From assembly GCA_000004985.1 (NCBI GenBank), contig GG738908.1: a stretch of DNA of 64,000 nt, one strand, 5' to 3'. The stretch is from Naegleria gruberi (lineage: Eukaryota). Position numbers and translations under genes: made by a program. The notes below the pieces were generated by a model. The model ran no database searches, was not told the DNA's origin, and was given only the letters and a program-made list of their open reading frames with translations. Shown here piece after piece: positions 1-11,437 of the stretch; the stretch's first letter is position 1, and the number at the start of each line of letters is the position of its first letter.

Positions 1-47
1 TTCAGCTTTTTTGGCCTCAACTAATTTGTTCCAACAGTTAAAATTAT

Positions 48-410
48 TTATTCCTTAAATTCTTCCACAATCTTTGAAGCCACATCCATTTCCATAAGAG
101 GGTGTTCAAACACGTAGAAGAAACGAGGGAGTTCAAAAGCTGCCTCCGCTTCCTCTTTGATTTCCATCAGATAATTCACACATTGTTCCATTTTACCTTC
201 GAATAATAGAGTTTGTACTCCTTTCTTCATATTTACAAGTTCTGTACGTTTGTTTACCAAGGATTGCAACTTGGACCAAGATCTCCAAAATTTGGCCTTT
301 TCCAATAATGTGAATAAATTCCAAATAATAAAGATACCATCTTGGAAGGCAAATTCAAGTAAATTACTAGAAACATATTTCACCAATTCATCCAATCGTC
401 CTAAACCCAA
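48..410 (-). CDS. Hypothetical 120-codon ORF ending TAA at 48-50. Either a small independent gene or an unresolved terminal exon.
   Basis: Continuous reading frame with coding-like composition. There is no in-frame ATG until about codon 62 (MKKGVQTLL...). Simple splice joins from the upstream 631-codon ORF, tested by hand, introduce stops, so it is kept separate. Confidence 0.25.
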   Translation of the reverse strand: MGLGRLDELVKYVSSNLLEFAFQDGIFIIWNLFTLLEKAKFWRSWSKLQSLVNKRTELVNMKKGVQTLLFEGKMEQCVNYLMEIKEEAEAAFELPRFFYVFEHPLMEMDVASKIVEEFKE

Positions 411-414
411 ATCC

Positions 415-3400
415 TTAAAGAAAACTAGTTTGATAAAGAGGTTTGAACATTATAGTAGAAAAAAACTTACATTCTTGAATAAGGTCATAATATAAAGTAC
501 TCTTGACAAGGTCAATGAGACGATATTCCTCTCTTTGGTCCTCATGATATCTGAATGTCCAATTTTCAGCGTATGCTATTGCTGAATCACTATCTTGACT
601 TGCCTTCAGGACATCTAACTTTTTCTGTACAGACAATCCACAAAGTATGGCATAGAGTACGCAGAAAAATTTTGAATTCGTGTAAAATGTGACAGTTTTG
701 TGGAGGTAGATTTTCTCATCATCCAAGCATCCAAAGTTTGGAAGAATAAAGAATCTATCTATGACTTTCAGAGGAGAAAGCGTTTGGTAATTGGCTTCTC
801 CTAGTTTGGTTTTAGTAAGGCTCTTTTTTTGTCTATTGAAAAATGTATTATTGAGACGGAACATCTTACTTGGGAATTGATCTTTCATCTTGACAATATA
901 ATCATTGCATTTTCTAATGAAGGTGTCTTCTGAAGGAGTAGTAAAAACTGACATTCCTGATAAATAATCCTCTTCAATATCAATTGGTTTTACACATGTG
1001 AAGAGATAGTCAATCAGAACTTCAGTTTCAGGTCCATTCAAAATTAAAAATGCAGAATTTGGATTACTCAAATGCTTCATAATATCGTCGTAGTCTATGA
1101 ATTTAAACAATTCTTGGCAAACCTTCTTCTGGTCTCTTTCGTAATCAGTGTTTGCAGCATCATTAATGCTCTTGCTAATGTCTTCCTCTTGAGAAACCAA
1201 GACAAACTCATCCTCTATAACTGTGTGAGACATTACCATTTGTGAAAAGCTTTCTCGAGATGTTGCTTCAGCAATAAGGGGGAATAGTATCAATTTACCT
1301 GAAAAATCTGGTAACCATCTATAGGAAAGTTTCACTTTGGCTTGATTAAAACTGAAACCATTCTCCTTGTTGATATCCCAATAATTGCATCTGAGTCCAA
1401 GTCCATCCATAATATTTTGATATCTCAAGAATTCCTTATGCGACATTTGTGGATGAATGACAAAGAGTAAATCAAACTCTGAAGCTTTTTCTGAAATAAT
1501 GTAGTGAGGTATGATTTGAATATTCATCTTTCTGGAATGTGTTAGGAGATATTCTTGTCCATATTTCAGGTAGATTTCCAATTTCCAACACTTGTCAACA
1601 AAGAATGAAGCGTCTCTGGAGACCGAAATATCAAAAGTAATGGTTTGCGATTCTCCAACATCCAATTCAACCTCCTTCTCCAAGGCTCCATCGTGAAGTG
1701 TCAGCTTACAGTTAGTATCTTCGTAACCTGTTGTTCGACTGCATATTAAATCCTTATCATCCATTACTATTTTAACTTTAGCTAGTCTGTTCTTACTTGC
1801 TTTAAATGGTAGGTTTGTAGTATTGACCAAATCAAAACTGCATGTATGCTTCTCAGTTCTTCCCATTGTTTGTGGTGAATTAAAAGAGGAAACATTAATA
1901 GGGAGCAAACATTCTACACATTTCTCTAATCGAGCACCATTTTCAAATTCCTTTCCTAATATAGAGACATTGGAAGCTATTTTCATTATTGGTTCAGATT
2001 CAATCTTGAAATAAAATTTTTCATCGATGATAATAGATTCTCCTGGTTTGATGGCAGGTAAAGGTAGTTCATGACTGGAAACACCTGGGAATTTGAGGAT
2101 GGCTTTCAAATTTGGAAGCATTAGAGAACCATTGTTTTCTATTACAATGTTGGTAATGTAGCATTCCTCACCTGGAGACAAAACTCCATCATCAAACACT
2201 GGAACAATTTGAAAATCTTTCACAATTACATTATACAGTGAATTAGAATATTCAACAATTTCACCATTCTCATTAGTTACAATAAATAAAAATTTTCCAC
2301 ATTCATCCATTTCTCCAGGACTGGATGGATGAGGAGCTGTTCCATCAGCACCATTTTCACCATGTTTTCCATTCTCGGCGTGGGAAATCTCATTACAGCC
2401 AGCATCTCCACCAAAACCACCAATTCCTGGTCTACCATTAAATCCAGCATCACCTGGTTTCCCACAGCTTGAAAATGCTTTGAAAAAGACAAAGAGTTCC
2501 TAATATTGGTTAACGAGAAAAGAATATTTTTCTACATACACTGTGTTCAGACTCGATTACTATATTTCCACCCTTTCCAGAAGAGCCACCTTTTCCACTA
2601 CAAGTATTAATATCAATTGACAATTTCATTTTGAACTTACCCCTTTCCTGATTTAGCTCCATTTCCTCCGTTTCCTCCATTACCACCTTTACCAAAACTA
2701 CTGTTGGCTCCTGATCCTCCATTGCCTCCATTACCTCCATGTCCACCTAATTGAATTAGGAAATTAATATATTTACAATACTAACCATTTCCACCTCTTC
2801 CACCTATATAATATATATTAGTCAACTGTGTTAATTTACAATATCTCATAAAAATTACATACCATTTCCACCTCTAGCATCAACAATAAATAAATTATTC
2901 TCGTTAATTTCAAAATTAGCTTCAAAAGATCCATTCAAAGAAATCATGTTATCCTTAGAGAGTAATTTTAAATAAATATCTTGAGCATCTTCTCCATGAG
3001 ATCCATCACCACCAAGTTGACCTTTTGTGCCATCTTCTCCATCACATCCATTCAATCTTCTTCTATCAATCATTTCTCTTTCCACTTCATCTTTAAATTC
3101 AGCAATTATACCTGTTTTCCCACTAAATTCCACATTAAAATTTCTCCTTTAATTATTAACACTTACTTGCTTCCGAATCTTCCATCTTTTCCACTTTTAC
3201 CATTTGTTCCAATATTTCCTTTCTTCCCTCTACTCGAAAAGTGATAGAATTTAGTCAATCCAAATGATCGTGACTCAAAACTATGGAACGATAATTCACT
3301 ATTTTCTATCTGTCTTTCCAAATGATTTTTAATTTGATACCTTTTCCATAATTCTTGCAGTGATTGTTGACATTGTTCAAAGCCAATTCCCTCACAATTT

Positions 3401-3633
3401 TCCAACGTCTTGATTAGTTTATCTGGTATCACACATTCTCTATTAATTTTAATATGATTAATACTGTTATTATTTACATCCACAACTTGTGATGCTGACA
3501 ACTGATTATTCTCTTGATTATCATGCTGAATATTATTTTCATTATTTTGTGATGAAGATGATGATGTAGATTGTTGAAGCAAATCATCATTGTTTGGAGG
3601 AGTTGACGATGAAGCCTCCAAAGCCGTGATCAT
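415..3633 (-). CDS. Collagen-like (G-X-Y) and Gly/Asn-rich repeat protein with a large C-terminal globular domain, ~997 aa. Six exons: 3167-3633, 2863-3122, 2787-2804, 2641-2746, 2540-2597, 415-2499.
   Basis: ATG at 3633. Five introns of 44, 58, 40, 43 and 40 nt have GTAAGT, GTATGT or GTTAGT donors and AG acceptors. Every splice restores the G-X-Y register (for example GKDGRFGS|NGKTGII). Total exon length is 2994 nt, which is divisible by 3. Exons 2-5 encode GGRGGNG, GGHGGNGGNGGSG and GKPGDAGFNGRPGIGGFGGDAG repeats. Exon 6 is the 631-codon ORF in the track. Confidence 0.6.
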
Positions 3634-3778
3634 TTTTAGGCTTTTTTTAAAATTATTAAATTTAAATATTAAATATTAAATAATATTAAATTTGAAGTAT
3701 CATGGAGATAAAATTAATAAACAAGTATTTAATATTTACAAAATAGTTAATATTTACGATTAATAGTATTTAAAAAAA
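3634..3778. promoter_or_regulatory. 145-bp divergent intergenic/promoter region between two start codons, more than 90% A+T.
   Basis: It lies between the ATG at 3633 (minus) and the ATG at 3779 (plus). It contains runs such as attaaatttaaatattaaatattaaataatattaaattt and no ORF. Confidence 0.4.
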
Positions 3779-5844
3779 ATGACATCATTGCTAGATGTAC
3801 AGGAATTATTGAGAATTTGTTTTTCAGTTCCGAGTGGAAGTAATACATCATCGATTGAGAGTGTTGCCTCTCGGATCCGATCAGTGGATGATGAAGTTGC
3901 TTGTGATAGTTACTATAATGTAAGTTTGATCAAAGGCTTTGTATTAGGAACATTATCAATTTTAATACTTATAATAATAATTGAGAAGAGATTGGTAGGT
4001 TTGCAATGGAAATGCATATTTAAATAATTGATAATATTATTTTGTATTCTCTTAAAGCATATTGTATGTTTTTGATGAACATATGAATTAGAATATTCAA
4101 TATTTAACGTTTATTTAAGGATGTAAGTTTTTTGGAATGAGGTTGGAAATTCAATTATTTAAGGATGTATGTTTGTCGTATTTGTGGAGTTTTATTGATT
4201 TGCGTATTGTAGAATGTTTGTATTTCATTTGAAATAGTTTTTTAATAATATTAATTATCGAGTAGAGTGTTGGAGTAAGTTTAATTTAGGTTATTGGAAA
4301 CTTGAATATGCTAAGTTGACAGTAAGTAGTAATATTGGTATTGGAAATATTGAACTCGGAAATAGTTTGTAAGTTTTCATTATGGGATTATTAATGTACT
4401 TGTAGAATGCAGCGTATGCGGCAAGTTGTAAAGGAAGATTGGATATTTTGAATATTCTTGTAAAGAATGAGGCTGATATAAATTATAAAAACTCAACTGG
4501 AGCTAATTGGACTCCACTTCATGGAGCAGTTTATTACAATCAGGTAGTTGTTGTAAAGTTCTTGTTGGACCATAATGCAAATCCTCTTATCAAAGATAGT
4601 GTATGTAATTGTATTTTCAATTTGAAATATAATAAGAATGATAGAGGGATAGAACGCCTCTGAATCTTGCTCGAAGTTTACACAATCAAGATTGTGTAAA
4701 ACTCCTTTTGCAATGTGATTTTAAATTCTTGAAACCTCTCAAGATATGTGAAAGGGATAAGCTATTGAATTCATCAGTGGTTTGTTTCAAACCTGCTTTA
4801 AAACAAATCACCCCATATTTTTATGAACGAGTTGTAAATAATCAAAAACTTATAGAGTCTTTGGATGAAGAGGAACAGTCAATTCTTCAATGTATTATTA
4901 AGAAAATCCTCTATGAAAAAACAGAGGAAAGACAATTTGATGTCAAACAGAAAATGATATGTACATTTTTATTGAGTACTACGGAGACTGACCTTATATT
5001 TATGAAAAACAGTCTAATTAGGGATTTAACGAGAATGATTAACTTGAAAAATGTTTTGGATAACTTGGAAACAATAGAAAAATATATTGAAAGAGAAAAA
5101 ACATACATCTCTATTCAGAGTGAAGAAAGTTTATTGAGAGAGTTTAGAGAATATTGTCTAGACATGCTGGGAAGTTATTCACACACTCAAGATTTTGCGG
5201 AACATGTCGAAAAAGATATCAGAATGGATAATTACCTTAAATTGTTTTTCAAACGTAAGAGTATAAGAAGTATAGTAATCAATGAGGATCGAGATGTAAA
5301 TATTCAAAATCCATATGTAAAGTTATTCAATCATGAACCTTCCCACGATCTCAGAATACTTGTTGGTGATCAAGTAACATACTATTGTCATAAGACTATA
5401 TTGGAATCTACTAGTTTATACTTTACAGACCTATTCAAGAGCAGCAATTGGTCTGATTTCGATACCGATGTATACAAACTGGATGTGAATGATGAGGAAT
5501 CAATTATTGCCACTGATTACATAATCAGATATTGCTACGATTTACAAATTGACATTGAGCCTTCTCATTTGATTGGTGTAATGAAGGCATCCCACATGCA
5601 CAACATCAAGCCACTAATTACCCTCTGCAGCAAGAAGCTAGAAATCTCAACTGATAACTACTTCTCATTAATTGAGGGTCTATATGACTATATTGAGGAT
5701 CCACTCTTCTCCAAATTACATCAAAATATCATAGAGTTTGGAGTCAAGCATTGTAAACAACTCTTTTCACAGGATAAGAAGTCATGTAGAAAACTTCCAC
5801 CAACAACTTTGGAAGAAATATTTACCAGATTGGCCTCTCGTTAA
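3779..5844 (+). CDS. Ankyrin-repeat plus BTB/POZ-domain protein, ~511 aa. Three exons: 3779-3919, 4406-4600, 4645-5844.
   Basis: Exon 1 is ATG...DSYYN followed by a GTAAGT donor. A 486-nt AT-rich intron follows. The acceptor ttgtag|AAT opens exon 2 (NAAYAASCKGRLDILNILVKNEADINYKNSTGANWTPLHGAVYYNQ..., ankyrin repeats). A 44-nt intron (gtatgt...atag) follows. Exon 3 continues the ankyrin repeat (RDRTPLNLARSLHNQDCVKLLLQ). It then encodes a BTB fold (DLRILVGDQVTYYCHKTILESTSLYFTDLF...). Exon lengths are 141, 195 and 1200 nt, keeping the frame. Confidence 0.6.
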
Positions 5845-6012
5845 TTCTAATTCTAGTTCTATTATTTCAGAATGTATTACTACAACATTAAAATAATGGA
5901 AGCTATAAAAATATTCTAAATAATAACAAACTACAAACCTCAATGTGTCAACAGTCATCAATAAGGGAGATAGCTTTGAAAAACCTCCAATTCCATCAAA
6001 CTATCAAAAACA

Positions 6013-8829
6013 ATGCAACAACATATACACGAGGTAACCATATCGGAAACTCCTCTTTCTTCAAACACAACTAAACGAAACTATGCCGATGCATACACTC
6101 TATCAGATGAGGAAATTCAACCAAGCACAATAGTTCCATCTCCCTTTCATTCAGAAACCCTATTTGTGATACAGAATGAAGAGTCGTACATGACTGGGAA
6201 ACCAACATACGAAACAATTAGAATAGAAAGAAGACCTCAATTATCTTTAACAGCACCAATAGCTAATCATGGCGACTCAAGAGGACATTTATCCTTAACA
6301 TCCTCAATAGTTTGCACACCAAAGAGTTTAGATGGTCATCATGCTCTAGACGAAACTTCAACAACCAGATATAATCATCAATGCATTACAACCATTGGTC
6401 AACCAACTCTTCATCACGAAACCAGTCAAATCTCCACTCAACTGACTCCTCCTGAAGAAAAGAAGGTCAAATATTCCTCCTTCTTCATCAAACTCTTCTC
6501 ATTTACCAACATTTTTATTCTAATGTTTATTGTTCAGGGATTAATAGGAGTTGGAACGGCCTTCATCTTGACAAACTCGTCAGTGAATCATGTTCTCGAA
6601 CACAGTCGACAATATCAAAGATTACAATTACAAGTTTACTTTAATTCAGAGTTACAAAAATTCATTTCACAAATTTCCTCAATGACCAACCACATTTCGA
6701 AACAAATGCAAAGATTTAACTTGAATGATAATTTGGCAATGATTAAGATGATTGACAGTATTGACACTGCTTACAACTCAAAGATTGGAGCAGGTGCTTA
6801 TAGGTGGGCCAGATTTGATGATTTTTACTTTGCGAGACAATTTAATGAAACTGTTGATGGTTATGTTGTAAGAGTGTACAATCCAATTGTTACAAATTTT
6901 AAATATTACAATGTCAGTAAGAATCAAATGTCAAAGGCACCTACTGGGAGTAAGATGGATGTTCATGAATATTTAAAAGGAATTTCTGTAGATCCGTATT
7001 ATGATGGAAATTCAACCTATTATCCAAAGAAACGAGAATATTATTTGCCATATGATAAGGGAAATCAATCTGCTACTGATATCATGTGGTCTAACAGTTG
7101 GGCTAATTTTAATGATGAGGTCGTGATTACATTGAGCATTCCAGTGTTTAGTAATTATTCGATGAGTTTCTTTAAAGAATCGAATAATTCTTATTTGATT
7201 CAAAACATGTTACATCCAAAATATATTTCCATTCCTAATGGACAACTTTCCAAGTATCCCTATTTGAAGAGTCCTCAATATTTATTTGGCGTCTTGAGTA
7301 TTCAATTCTCATGGGAATCAGCATCAAAAACTATTCTAAATGGTTCAAATTACGGGACAGATCTTCTTAAAACCAATGATGCGATGGAATACAGCATGAT
7401 AGTTGACTCGAAATATAACTTGATTGGTAAAAGCAATGAAAACAAATTATTGTCAACTATCCATCAGGTTCTAAAGGAAAGAAATTTGCTTTCTCTCCTT
7501 TCATCTCCCTGTGGAAACATGACAAGCAATATTACAGAATCAGAAATAACTTCCTATGGAACTGTTTTCTTTAAACTCAATTCTAAAAACTATGGAAAGT
7601 TAGTAACAGATGCAATTGAGGTTGAAATTGCTCCAATTTGTGACAAGTATGGAATTGATTGGTTCGTGGTGGTAGGAAATTACAAATCAGTAGTCTTGAT
7701 TCAACCGAGTCAAGTTCCAGATTTTGTTGTAACATTTGTACTTGTATTTGTTCTACAGGCAATATTTCTAGTATTTAGTGTTGTGAATATTAGATTGTCC
7801 TTCTCTGCTGTTAAGAATCAAGCTCTTTCAATACTAAAATTGGGAAATGAAAAGCAGATAAGTTCCAGAAATGCATTGGTAAGAATGTGGAACACGTTTA
7901 AATCGTTCTCATTCTTTGTGGATATTAGAGAAATGAAATCTAAATTATCTACCATTAGAAATGGACTCTCCACTTTCTCCAAATATGTTCCAGAACTCGT
8001 TGTGAAGGCATTCACAGAGAGGGATGGACCTTTTGATAAGATTAATTTGGCGCAAAGGAACATGACTATTCTATTCACTGAATTGGTTGGTTTTTCAGAG
8101 CTTTCACATGGCATTCATGATGATTTTCTTCCATGCCTTATGACTAATTATTTCACGATTGTTTCAAAGGCAGTCAAAGAGGAGGGAGGTATGATTACCC
8201 AATTTATTGGAGATAGAGCTGTTTGTGTATTTAATGTTTATTGCCTTCCATTGGAAAATCATGAAATTAAGGCATGTAGGGCAGCTCTCAAAATAATGAT
8301 GAATATTGAGAATTTTAATAGAATTCATCTATCTGATTTGCAAGTTAGAGCTTCCATTACCTCTGATGAAAATATTCTTTGCGGAAATACTGGAAGCCAA
8401 TCGAGAATGAATGTTACTGTAATAGGTTCAAGTGTACCTATTGCTAAAGCTCTTCTATTCTTGAATAAGCATGTTGGAAAGAAAATTCTCATCCATGAAA
8501 AGACCTATCAGAAAGTTGTGGAAAATTTCGTTTGTAACTTTGTTGATTATGTTTGTTTTGAAGATTGCCATTTCCCAGTTTATAGCTTGGAAAGCATTTT
8601 TAGTTTACTAACAGAGGAGAAGGAAGAGATACATAATGCCTCATTTCAAGTAGAATCTGCCTTGTCAAAATGTGACTTTTCTTCAATTATTGATATTTGT
8701 AAAAAGTATGAAAGTAAGGATGAATCTCTAAAGAGAATGAGAAAAAGAGCTGAAACCCTTGAAAACGATTATTCAATGTGGAATTCTTGTGATGATTTCG
8801 ATTGCTCTTTTAAACTAAGAGTTAAATAA
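6013..8829 (+). CDS. Receptor-type class III nucleotidyl (adenylyl/guanylyl) cyclase, 938 aa. Two predicted TM helices flank a ~550-aa N-glycosylation-rich ectodomain, followed by a C-terminal cyclase domain.
   Basis: ATG at 6013. Hydrophobic segments are FFIKLFSFTNIFILMFIVQGLIGVGTAFIL and FVVTFVLVFVLQAIFLVFSVVNI. The cyclase-domain motifs are MTILFTELVGFSELS ... QFIGDRAVCVF ... CGNTGSQSRMNVTVIGSSVPIAKAL. The stop is TAA. Confidence 0.7.
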   Translation: MQQHIHEVTISETPLSSNTTKRNYADAYTLSDEEIQPSTIVPSPFHSETLFVIQNEESYMTGKPTYETIRIERRPQLSLTAPIANHGDSRGHLSLTSSIVCTPKSLDGHHALDETSTTRYNHQCITTIGQPTLHHETSQISTQLTPPEEKKVKYSSFFIKLFSFTNIFILMFIVQGLIGVGTAFILTNSSVNHVLEHSRQYQRLQLQVYFNSELQKFISQISSMTNHISKQMQRFNLNDNLAMIKMIDSIDTAYNSKIGAGAYRWARFDDFYFARQFNETVDGYVVRVYNPIVTNFKYYNVSKNQMSKAPTGSKMDVHEYLKGISVDPYYDGNSTYYPKKREYYLPYDKGNQSATDIMWSNSWANFNDEVVITLSIPVFSNYSMSFFKESNNSYLIQNMLHPKYISIPNGQLSKYPYLKSPQYLFGVLSIQFSWESASKTILNGSNYGTDLLKTNDAMEYSMIVDSKYNLIGKSNENKLLSTIHQVLKERNLLSLLSSPCGNMTSNITESEITSYGTVFFKLNSKNYGKLVTDAIEVEIAPICDKYGIDWFVVVGNYKSVVLIQPSQVPDFVVTFVLVFVLQAIFLVFSVVNIRLSFSAVKNQALSILKLGNEKQISSRNALVRMWNTFKSFSFFVDIREMKSKLSTIRNGLSTFSKYVPELVVKAFTERDGPFDKINLAQRNMTILFTELVGFSELSHGIHDDFLPCLMTNYFTIVSKAVKEEGGMITQFIGDRAVCVFNVYCLPLENHEIKACRAALKIMMNIENFNRIHLSDLQVRASITSDENILCGNTGSQSRMNVTVIGSSVPIAKALLFLNKHVGKKILIHEKTYQKVVENFVCNFVDYVCFEDCHFPVYSLESIFSLLTEEKEEIHNASFQVESALSKCDFSSIIDICKKYESKDESLKRMRKRAETLENDYSMWNSCDDFDCSFKLRVK

Positions 8830-8851
8830 AGATTAATGTATCATTGCCAAA

Positions 8852-11437
8852 TCATTTAAATTTATAGAATGTGCTATTAGGTCCATACTTTTTCTTGAAT
8901 TGAATTTCGTCATAGTAATTGTTAAAAACGATAGTCTTGTTTTTGTTTTGGGATTTGTTTTGTTTCGTTGCAACGATAGGTTGTTGCTCTACTGACGATA
9001 TCGAATTCCTTCTGCTTCCCTTCTTTGAATTATTTGAACTGTTACTGGCAACAGCGGATACAGCACTAGCCACCATATTTTGTTCCAGTTGTCCTGTTGA
9101 AGAGCTGGCATTATTGATAGATCCCCTTACAGACGAACTTTTTCTCTTTGTTTTTGTTGGCTTCTCAACCCTGTTTACAAAAGTATTAATTGCAGGTGAT
9201 GAATGATGTCGTGGATGAACAGAAGTTTGATTATTCTCGAAACTTTGCTCATAATCTGTTCCAAAGGAACCAAAATTAAAAGTATTATTATTTGAAATCT
9301 CTATAGTTGGAACAGTTTCTTCACTAGACCTACTCATTGGACTAACAATTTCTTGAGGAACGTTGGTACTATGGGTAATTTGGAATTGTGGAGGAGATGA
9401 AAAAGTTCTAGAACGTGTTGGAAAATTATTTACAGGTGTTTCATTTGTAACAAGCTTTAGACCAAGAGATGATTTGCAACCACTCAGTGCATTATCGATC
9501 ATTGAATAAAGAGCTTGATTTTCATCTACTACTTCATTATTTGTATGTAATTGTTTTTGAAGAACTGTTTTGAGGAGAGAATCTCTTGGTAAAGTTGTTG
9601 AAGAATCTTCTGACATGTAACTTGCAACACTAGATCTACGTTGTTGTTGAGAATTTGAAACTACCACTTCATTCGATGATGTATAAGTATTAGAAACTGG
9701 AGAAGTTAAATTATTTTGATTTGACATGCACAACACTTGAAGAGCAGCCAACTGTTCTTGATTCAATTTAGAAATATCAATTTGACTCAAAAATGTTGCC
9801 AGAGGAGAAGGAGGAGGTGATTGTTCCATTGAGCTACATCCTGCAGAGGATGTTGGTGAATAGGTAACACTATTGTTATTATTTGCATTAAATCCAAAAT
9901 ACTGATACGAGTGATTATTATCCATCATCATTGCATCAGAAATCTCCATTTTGTCCTTTGAATGAAAGCTTCTGCTTCTGATAGTTCTCTTTGCTTTGTT
10001 TTGAATAATTTTGTCCATAGCAATTGTTGGAGAGCCATTCATTGGATGAAGAGATGATGTATGTTGATAACTATTGTCCATGATTGGAGCGTTCGTTAAT
10101 ACATCGGTTGAAGAAGGCAATTGGTGTTGCATAGAAGAGCAATTATTAGGTGATGAGGCAAAACTAGAATTTGATGAGGAAGGAGAGTAGAGATGTTGTT
10201 GTTGTTGCAAATTCGTATTGTTATTGTTCATATATGTGTTGACCATACCGTCGATATTAAATGTTTGATTCGCATCTCTCCTTAGTGGATTATGCAAGGA
10301 ATGGGATCTGGATCTTTGTATGATATTTGGTGTTGAGCGATGTTGAATATTATTGAATAAATTATTATTATTATTATTGAGTGATGTAGTTGGTAGAGTC
10401 GAGAAGGAACATGCAGTTGCTGAATCATCTTCTATTGAAAATGAAATTGCATCTAGATTCGAGGTGTCTGATGTATGTTGATGATGTTTTTGCTTGGATG
10501 AAACATTGTTTGACTCTCTCTCTCCATCTGAAATAAAAGAGTAATCTTTTTGTTGTTCATTATAAACCAAATCATTGGTCTTTGTAGTTCATATTGTATG
10601 TTTGAAGAGGTATGTTATATAATCAATGATCAAAGATGATGTATTTAAGCATGATGATGAGGATGAGAATGACAGATAATTATTAGTAAATAAACTATTT
10701 CTACTACTACTTACCATCATTTCAGTCTTGGAGAGGTGAGAATTTTCTTTAAATGTTAAGGGAGATGGACCAAACTCTCTCTTTTCGAAAGAACTTGTAT
10801 CGTTATACACATCAGAAGAACCAACCAGTAAGCCTTGGGGATTGCTATTAAATTGCATTTGTCTAAAAGAAAAGTCGGCATTTGATTCCGGCTTTTGCAC
10901 ATTTAAAGATGGATAAGCTTGTGTGGTGCTATTTGGAATATAACTAGTATGTATAAATGTTGAGGTTGTTAACATGTCGTTGCTCATGAAGGAATCCAAT
11001 GGTGCATTGATTCCGTTGCTAAAGGTATGTTGATTCAAACCATGATTGGCATGGGATGGCTGAATGCTGGATGTACTTGGTAGGAGAATGTGTGGAGATG
11101 GATTATGATGATTGCTTATCGAATGATGGTCAGACTCTTGTGAGAATAAATTATCAAAATTGTTATTCAAATCGTGTGGATTCAAAATTGTTTGGTGATT
11201 AAGGTATTGTTGGTTAAGTTCTTCCTGTTGTTGTTGAGTTAAAAAGGATGAAGGATTTTCGGACGATGAATATACCATTCTTGTGTGTAATTGCTGTGAT
11301 TGATCTAAGTTATCGAAAAGGTCAGACTCATCACAAGACTGCTTGTTAATTTCATTCAATATTTCTTGTTGTTGAGAAAGATTGGGATGCTGATGATTAA
11401 CAAGTTGTGAATGATGCAACTTTTGCTTATTGCTCAT
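8852..11437 (-). CDS. Asn/Gln/Ser-rich low-complexity protein, ~816 aa. Two exons: 10715-11437 and 8852-10579.
   Basis: The first ATG is at 11437. A 135-nt intron at 10580-10714 has a GTAAGT donor and a caaag acceptor. It contains the in-frame TGA that splits the two track ORFs. Both ORFs are in the same frame and the intron length is a multiple of 3. Confidence 0.6.

Noticed and set aside
48-410. ORF 48-410 as the terminal exon of the upstream 631-codon ORF. Candidate GTAAGT donor at ~471 after ...DLIQE.
   Set aside because: The two simple phase-compatible acceptors (ttaag| and tttag|) create an immediate TGA. The only in-frame join would need a 130-nt intron containing coding-like sequence and would discard the long ORF's own C-terminus. 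This remains unresolved, so it is listed as a low-confidence separate ORF.
10589-10591. The in-frame TGA as a selenocysteine codon or programmed read-through.
   Set aside because: A canonical GTAAGT...AG intron of exactly 135 nt removes it. The host protein is a low-complexity N/Q-rich protein with no selenoprotein-like motif.
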